Of a DNA stretch of 64,000 nt, positions 54,001 to 62,900 are shown piece after piece. Numbering within the stretch: the stretch's first letter is position 1; every line of letters starts with the position of its first letter. Where the stretch lies: positions 124,001 to 188,000 of the forward strand of contig CAJFCJ010000017.1 of NCBI GenBank assembly GCA_904063045.1, written 5' to 3'. This DNA comes from Dimorphilus gyrociliatus. Its lineage: Eukaryota > Animalia > Annelida. The position numbers were made by a program, and so were the translations under genes. The notes beneath the pieces are model-generated. The model was not told where the DNA came from. It saw only the letters and a list, made by a program, of their open reading frames with translations, and searched no databases.

Positions 54001-54624
54001 AATAAATAGGATTCTACAACAATACCTTTGCAAGTAATACGAACTGGAAGAAATTGCATACACGCATTATCTCCGATGGATAGAAGGGGTTCTAAGATAG
54101 CTATTGCCTGCGGTTCGGAAATTAAAATATTATACAACCAACAAGGATTTTACAATATATTCGATCACGTTAATTCGAGCAACAGCAATAGAATAATTGG
54201 GTTAGAATGCTGCAGAAATACCATAATTGTTTGTAGGAGGAACAGCGTTACATTAGAAAAATGGTCTGGTAGGTCTAAAGAAAGAAGGAAGTTAATAGAC
54301 GCCTACGATTGTTCTCATATCGTCTCATCGATTCATCTTACCAAAGTCACCTTGTGGATTGGCAATAAGAATGGCCAAATAAATTTACTGAACGCCGTCG
54401 ATTTTAAACCTTTACTATGCGTACAAGCTCATTACGATTCCGTTAAGGTGCTTTGCTCCGGCTACGGATACGTCATTTCCTGTGGATACGGATGGGAAGA
54501 TGAAGGAGAAGGAAAACTATCGGACTGTAGCTATGTTTTAGTTTGGGATCAAGATTTTGGACAAATATATGAGCAATTTCGTAAATATCAAATATTAAGA
54601 AAAGAATCATCTATACAATCGTAA
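45239..54624 (+). CDS. LRRK2: Leucine-rich repeat kinase 2-like ROCO kinase (ARM-ANK-LRR-ROC-COR-kinase-WD40), multi-exon
   Basis: About 30 short exons traced approximately. Helical ARM-like repeats about 45239-47024; ANK-like about 47377-47640; LRRs 48983-50300; ROC P-loop IVGDEKSGKTS (50354-50380), WDMFGGEDVY and THLD; COR FIPFGFWPKLL and ETLFNEWYPNLL; kinase LGYGAFSRVF, VAAK, YRDLKPDNIL, TDFGIA, EGTPGYRAPE, ADVFSYG; WD40; C-terminal VLVWDQDFGQIYEQFRKYQILRKES resembling LRRK2 LTVWDINLPHEVQNLEKHIEVRKE. The start codon is uncertain; extra 5' exons from about 44700 are possible. Confidence 0.9.
47675..47720. repeat. (TA)23 microsatellite in an LRRK2-like intron
   Basis: Uninterrupted TA run of 46 nt. 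Confidence 0.9.
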
Positions 54625-55254
54625 ATAGCAGACTTTTAAAAGACTAAAGAACAGTAAAAGCTCCCTACATAACACTGACCAAATGGATTTTTAATACAAT
54701 TTGCGTAATTATTAATTGATATTTACGTAAAAACATGATAAAGACTTTCAATCGCCAAAATAGACCTAAATGTCTCTAGGGTTTTTGTCAATATTATGTA
54801 AACACATGTAAATATGTAGTAGATGGATACTACTTTACTCTTTGTTCATCATCAAATGTCATAAATTTGATCAGCAGATATAGTAATAATCGAAGATTCG
54901 TATAAAACACTAGGCTGGCCAGAAAGAGGAAAAGGAGGAGGAGGAGGAGGAGGAGGAGGAGACGAGAAAGAACAACTAAATAATAGCTGAATTAATGAAC
55001 AAATAAAAGAATATTGATGTAAAAACAAAAAAACCAACTGAAATATTGAAAGAAAGAAGAAAACAAATTGAAAAAAAGGAAAATATTGTCAAATATTAAT
55101 GAAATAAAGCATTTTCCATATCGTCTTATTATTGTAGATAACCGTGAATATTCATTGGACAGCGGGGTGGGGGGAGGAAAGAGGGAGGGAGGACCAGAGT
55201 GAATTGTTTATTCATTCTATAACTGTTCATCCTATCGATTGAATAGCAGCCTGT

Positions 55255-55290
<36 letters not shown>

Positions 55291-56969
55291 GAATAAAAAG
55301 GAAAAAGATTTTAACGATTCATAATTTTTTTTCTCCTATTGAACAAATGTAATGATTGAATAGGGAAGAAACCATAGTAATTTAAGATTTACTAGCTACG
55401 GGACAAATGTTATGGCTGTTACCTTTAGCAAATACATATTTATATTAAATTTTAAGATCTATTGATAAAATTATTTCTAACGTTTTAACCATAAAGAGAA
55501 TGATTTATGATTAGGGAACAATCGACTAATCCAGCATCAATAATAATGATAATAAGTTTCATAAATGTCTAATTAGACAATTGTTAGTAGGCAATAAAAG
55601 TAAAAATGATCTTGTACAAGCTAAAAATTGAACGGGACGAGTTCAATTTGTCAATAGTTCCTCGGTTAATTTTCTTATTTTTGAATATCATTATAAAATT
55701 TTTAGTAGTACAAATAAATAACGAATAGACTTATTGATTACAGAATATTTATACAATTAAGTAATACTTCTAAACAATAGAATAATTTATTATCACGATT
55801 TTTGAAAAGGCTCTCTTATAGATGAGGTTATACTGGAATAGAAAGACAGATAATACAATTCTATTATTAGGCCTATAAAAGTATATAAAAGACAAACTCT
55901 CAAGAGCTAGTAGATAGAAACATTGTCAAACTATAAATATCGATCGTTGTTATACAGTATTATTTGATTGTCGATAAGAGACTTTTACATTGGAATTATA
56001 AATAGTAAATAGGGTAAAAGAGAGCAAGATATGATGCTAAACTAAAAGTTCTCTATAGTCTTGTTTGTTTATATAAAGAAACAAAAACAAAATCATAAAA
56101 AAACTCACACTAATAAATGATAATAAACAGAAAGAAATCAATAGAAAAGTCAGAAATAATTAAGATATGGCAAAGGCATTATAAATTATATACAAATAGA
56201 AAACTATTATATTTAATACTACTTTCAGATCTCTACCCGATATTACTGTTCCACCACCACTTTATATATAAATAATAATTGCTTGTCTTCGATTCAAAAC
56301 ATACAAAACATTCATTATGTCACATGACATGCTTTTTTATTCAAAGCTAATAGAACGACTTGTGCAAGCAACGCATGGTAAGTTTTCTAGATTATTTCAA
56401 CATATTCTATAATAAACTTTTAAAATATTCAATGCAAGTTATAGATTGTAGCATTCATTTTTAAATTCTAGCTTTGACCTTTGCAAACAGAAATTTATGA
56501 ATATTCATAATGAAATTTTTAAGAATATATTAATAAATCATTAAAAAAATTGCAGACTAAAACTGCAATAATTATTCGTTTATTCCTTAACTATTGTATT
56601 AAATTTTATTTAACTCGCCTCAAACTGCAAAGATGGGAATAAACAAAGAGAAAGAGAGAGAAGTGGCTAAAACTTAAAAAAAATTAAAAAAACAAGTTTA
56701 ATTAATAATTAATATAAATATTCATTAAGTCATTAATTCTTAAGAAAAAGCATTAAACAACATATAAATATTATTACGTTACTTGGTTTCATATGTCAAT
56801 TCTATTGATAATTTTACATTATTAACTCTTTCGGGAGCTGATCTGTCTAAAGTTGGATCAAACCGGTAAGGAGGATATACTTCTCATTAAACATCTTTTC
56901 ATTTTTAACCATTTCTCTATCATTTTACTCTTTGTCCATGATAAAAAACACATTTCTTTTTTGCAGATA

Positions 56970-59900
56970 ATGAAATCAAATCTCTTACATCCTTCCGAAA
57001 AAACAATCACTATTCATTTTCAATTATCTCTCTTTTGCATCTTAATATTTCTCATTAATACTAGCAGTAGTAACTTATCATGTTCAAATGATCAAGTTCC
57101 TTGTTTGAAAACAAACACATGCGTCCCAAAACAACAATTCCGTGAACAAGAATGTAAAGTCACTTGTGAAAACAATCAGAAATTTTGTGAAAAACAAAAT
57201 AAATGCATTCAAGAGGCAAACTATACAGTCAAAGACTGCCAATCACAACAACAATGTCCTCAAGATGAAAAACTCTGCATGAAAACACAAACATGTGTTG
57301 CTGATAAGGATTTCAAAGAAGAAGATTGCAGACCAGAATGCGAAAACGGAAAGAAATTCTGTATGATGAGAAAGTCTTGCATTGATGAAGCAAGTTACAA
57401 AGAAGACGACTGCAAACAAATGCCTCACTGTACTTCAGATGAAAAGTATTGTATGAAGACAAAAGAATGTGTTGCTGTTAAAGATTTTAAGGAGGATGAA
57501 TGCAGACCAGATTGTGAAAATGGAAAGAAATTCTGTATGATGAGAAAGGCTTGCATTGATGAAGCAACATTCAAGGAAGATGACTGCAAACCAATGCCTC
57601 ACTGTACTTCAGATGAAGAGTATTGCCTGAAGACAAAGGCATGTGTTGCTGTTAAAGATTTCAAGGAGGATGAATGCAGACCAGATTGTGAAAATGGAAC
57701 GAAATTCTGTATGATGAGAAAGTCTTGCATTGATGAAGCAAGTTACAAAGAAGACGACTGCAAACCAATTCCACAATGTGGTCAGGATGAAAAGTATTGT
57801 ATGAAGACCAAGGCATGTGTAGCTGTTAAAGATTTCAAGGAGGATGAATGCAGACCAGATTGTGAAAATGGAACAAAATTCTGTATGATGAGAAAGTCTT
57901 GCATTGATGAAGCAAGTTACAAAGAAGATGACTGCAAACCAATGCCTCACTGTACTTCAGATGAAAAGTATTGTATGAAGACAAAGGCATGTGTTGCTGT
58001 TAAAGATTTCAAGGAAGAAGATTGCAGACCAGAATGTGAAAATGGAAAGAAATTCTGTATGAGACAAAAAGCTTGCATTGATGAAGCAAGTTACAAAGAA
58101 GATGACTGCAAACCAATGCCACAATGTGGTCAGGAGGAAAAGTATTGCCTGAAGACAAAGGCATGTGTTGCTGTTAAAGATTTCAAGGAAGAAGATTGCA
58201 GACCAGAATGTGAAAATGGAAAGAAATTCTGTATGAGAAGAAAGGCTTGCATTGATGAAGCAAGTTACAAAGAAGACGACTGCAAACCAATGCCACAATG
58301 TGGTCAGGATGAAAAATATTGCCTGAAGACAAAGGCATGTGTTGCTGTTAAAGATTTCAAGGAGGATGAATGCAGACCAGATTGTGAAAATGGAACGAAA
58401 TTCTGTATGATGAGAAAGTCTTGCATTGATGAAGCAAGTTACAAAGAAGACGACTGCAAACCAATTCCACAATGTGGTCAGGATGAAAAGTATTGTATGA
58501 AGACAAAGGCATGTGTTGCTGTTAAAGATTTCAAGGAAGAAGATTGCAGACCAGAATGTGAAAATGGAACAAAATTCTGTATGAGACAAAAAGCTTGCAT
58601 TGATGAAGCAACCTACAAAGAAGACAACTGCAAACCAATGCCACAATGTGGTCAGGAGGAAAAGTATTGTATAAAGACCAAGGCATGTGTTGCTGTTAAA
58701 GATTTCAAGGAAGAAGATTGCAGACCAGAATGTGAAAATGGAAAGAAATTTTGTATGATGAGAAAGGCTTGCATTGATGAAGCAACATTCAAGGAAGATG
58801 ACTGCAAACCAATGCCTCACTGTACTTCAGATGAAAAGTATTGCCTGAAGACAAAGGCATGTGTTGCTGTTAAAGATTTCAAGGAAGAAGATTGCAGACC
58901 AGAATGTGAAAATGGAAAGAAATTCTGTATGAGACAAAAAGCTTGCATTGATGAAGCAACCTACAAAGAAGACAACTGCAAACCAATGCCACAATGTGGT
59001 CAGGAGGAAAAGTATTGCATGAAGACAAAAGAATGTGTTGCGGTTAAAGAATTTAAGGAGGATGAATGCAGACCAGATTGTGAAAATGGAAAGAAATTTT
59101 GTATGATGAGAATGGCTTGCATTGATGAAGCAAGTTACAAGGAAGATGACTGCAAACCAATGCCTCACTGTACTTCAGATGAAAAGTATTGTATGAAGAC
59201 AAAAGAATGTGTTGCTGTTAAAGATTTTAAGGAGGATGAATGCAGACCAGATTGTGAAAATGGAAAGAAATTTTGTATGATGAGAATGGCTTGCATTGAT
59301 GAATCAAGTTACAAAGACGACTGCAAACCAATGCCTCACTGTACTTCAGATGAAAAGTATTGTATGAAGACAAAGGCATGTGTTGCTGTTAAAGATTTCA
59401 AGGAAGAAGATTGCAGACTAGAATGTGAAAATGGAAAGAAATTCTGTATCAGAATAAAAGCTTGTATTGATGAATCAAGTTACAAAGAAGATGATTGCAA
59501 ACCAATGCCACAATGTGGTCAGGAGGAAAAGTATTGTATAAAGACCAAGGCATGTGTTGCTGTTAAAGATTTCAAGGAAGAAGATTGCAGACCAGAATGT
59601 GAAAATGGAAAGAAATTCTGTATGAGAAGAAAGGCTTGCATTGATGAAGCAAGCCATAAAGAAGATGACTGCAAACCAATGCCACAATGTGGTCAGGATG
59701 AAATGTATTGTATGAAGACCAAGGCATGTGTAGCTGTTAAAGATTTCAAGGAAGAAGATTGCAGACCAGAATGTGAAAATGGAAAGAAATTCTGTATGAG
59801 AAGAAAGGCTTGCATTGATGAAGCAAGTTACAAAGAAGACGACTGCAAACCAATGCCACAATGTGGTCAGGAGAAAAAGTATTGTATAAAGACCAAGGCA

Positions 59901-62900
59901 TGTGTTGCTGTTAAAGATTTCAAGGAAGAAGATTGCAGACCAGAATGTGAAAATGGAAAGAAATTCTGTATGAGAAGAAAGGCTTGCATTGATGAAGCAA
60001 GTTACAAAGAAGACGACTGCAAACCAATGCCACAATGTGGTCAAGATGAAAAATATTGCATGAAGACCAAGGCATGTGTAGCTGTTAAAGATTTCAAGGA
60101 AGAAGATTGCAGACCAGAATGTGAAAATGGAAAGAAATTCTGTATGAGACAAAAAGCTTGCATTGATGAAGCAACCTACAAAGAAGCTGACTGCAAACCA
60201 ATGCCACAATGTGGTCAGGATGAAAAGTATTGTATAAAGACCAAGGCATGTGTTGCTGTTAAAGATTTCAAGGAAGAAGATTGCAGACTAGAATGTGAAA
60301 ATGGAAAGAAATTCTGTATCAGAATAAAAGCTTGTATTGATGAATCAAGTTACAAAGAAGATGATTGCAAACCAATGCCTCACTGTACTTCAGATGAAAA
60401 GTATTGCCTGAAGACAAAGGCATGTGTTGCTGTTAAAGATTTCAAGGAAGAAGATTGCAGACCAGAATGTGAAAATGGAAAGAAATTCTGTATGAGAAGA
60501 AAGGCTTGCATTGATGAAGCAAGCTATAAAGAAGATGACTGCAAACCAATGCCACAATGTGGTCAGGATGAAAAGTATTGTATGAAGACCAAGGCATGTG
60601 TAGCTGTTAAAGATTTCAAGGAAGAAGATTGCAGACCAGAATGTGAAAATGGAAAGAAATTCTGTATGAGAAGAAAGGCTTGCATTGATGAATCAAGCTA
60701 TAAAGAAGATGACTGCAAACTAATGCCACAATGTGGTCAAGATGAAAAGTATTGCATGAAGACCAAGGCATGTGTTGCTGTTAAAGATTTCAAGGAAGAA
60801 GATTGCAGACCAGAATGTGAAAATGGAAAGAAATTCTGTATGAGAAGAAAGGCTTGCATCGATGAAGCAAGTTACAAAGAAGATGACTGCAAACCAATGC
60901 CACAATGTGGTCAAGATGAAAAGTATTGCATGAAGACCAAGGCATGTGTAGCTGTTAAAGATTTCAAGGAAGAAGATTGCAGACCAGAATGTGAAAATGG
61001 AAAGAAATTCTGTATGAGAAGAAAGGCTTGCATCGATGAAGCAAGTTACAAAGAAGACGACTGCAAACCAATGCCACAATGTGGTCAAGATGAAAAGTAT
61101 TGCATGAAGACCAAGGCATGTGTTGCTGTTAAAGATTTCAAGGAAGAAGATTGCAGACCAGAATGTGAAAATGGAAAGAAATTCTGTATGAGAAGAAGGG
61201 CTTGCATCGATGAAGCAAGTTACAAAGAAGACGACTGCAAACCAATGCCACAATGTGGTCAAGATGAAAAGTATTGCATGAAGACCAAGGCATGTGTTGC
61301 TGTTAAAGATTTCAAGGAAGAAGATTGCAGACCAGAATGTGAAAATGGAAAGAAATTCTGTATGAGAAGAAAGGCTTGCATTGATGAATCAAGCTATAAA
61401 GAAGATGACTGCAAACTAATGCCACAATGTGGTCAGGATAAAAAGTATTGCATGAAGACAAAAGAATGTGTTGCTGTTAAAGATTTCAAGGAAGAAGATT
61501 GCAGACCAGAATGTGAAAATGGAAAGAAATTCTGTATGAGAAGAAAGGCTTGCATCGATGAAGCAAGTTACAAAGAAGACGACTGCAAACCAATGCCACA
61601 ATGTGGTCAAGATGAAAAGTATTGCATGAAGACCAAGGCATGTGTTGCTGTTAAAGATTTCAAGGAAGAAGATTGCAGACCAGAATGTGAAAATGGAAAG
61701 AAATTCTGTATGAGAAGAAAGGCTTGCATTGATGAATCAAGCTATAAAGAAGATGACTGCAAACTAATGCCACAATGTGGTCAAGATGAAAAGTATTGCA
61801 TGAAGACCAAGGCATGTGTTGCTGTTAAAGATTTCAAGGAAGAAGATTGCAGACCAGAATGTGAAAATGGAAAGAAATTCTGTATGAAAAGAAAGGCTTG
61901 CATTGATGAATCAAGCTATAAAGAAGATGACTGCAAACTAATGCCACAATGTGGTCAGGATAAAAAGTATTGCATGAAGACAAAAGAATGTGTTGCTGTT
62001 AAAGATTTCAAGGAAGAAGATTGCAGACCAGAATGTGAAAATGGAAAGAAATTCTGTATGAGAAGAAAGGCTTGCATCGATGAAGCAAGTTACAAAGAAG
62101 ATGACTGCAAACCAATGCCACAATGTGGTCAAGATGAAAAGTATTGCATGAAGACCAAGGCATGTGTAGCTGTTAAAGATTTCAAGGAAGAAGATTGCAG
62201 ACCAGAATGTGAAAATGGAAAGAAATTCTGTATGAGAAGAAAGGCTTGCATCGATGAAGCAAGTTACAAAGAAGACGACTGCAAACCAATGCCACAATGT
62301 GGTCAAGATGAAAAGTATTGCATGAAGACCAAGGCATGTGTTGCTGTTAAAGATTTCAAGGAAGAAGATTGCAGACCAGAATGTGAAAATGGAAAGAAAT
62401 TCTGTATGAGAAGAAAGGCTTGCATCGATGAAGCAAGTTACAAAGAAGACGACTGCAAACCAATGCCACAATGTGGTCAAGATGAAAAGTATTGCATGAA
62501 GACCAAGGCATGTGTTGCTGTTAAAGATTTCAAGGAAGAAGATTGCAGACCAGAATGTGAAAATGGAAAGAAATTCTGTATGAGAAGAAAGGCTTGCATT
62601 GATGAATCAAGCTATAAAGAAGATGACTGCAAACTAATGCCACAATGTGGTCAGGATAAAAAGTATTGCATGAAGACAAAAGAATGTGTTGCTGTTAAAG
62701 ATTTCAAGGAAGAAGATTGCAGACCAGAATGTGAAAATGGAAAGAAATTCTGTATGAGAAGAAAGGCTTGCATCGATGAAGCAAGTTACAAAGAAGACGA
62801 CTGCAAACCAATGCCACAATGTGGTCAAGATGAAAAGTATTGCATGAAGACCAAGGCATGTGTTGCTGTTAAAGATTTCAAGGAAGAAGATTGCAGACCA

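Noticed and set aside
54624-57000. LRRK2-like gene followed on the same strand by a giant secreted Cys-rich repeat gene, echoing human LRRK2-MUC19
   Set aside because: The downstream protein shows no vWD/C8/TIL domains or PTS repeats in the visible part, so there is no evidence of homology; treated as coincidence.
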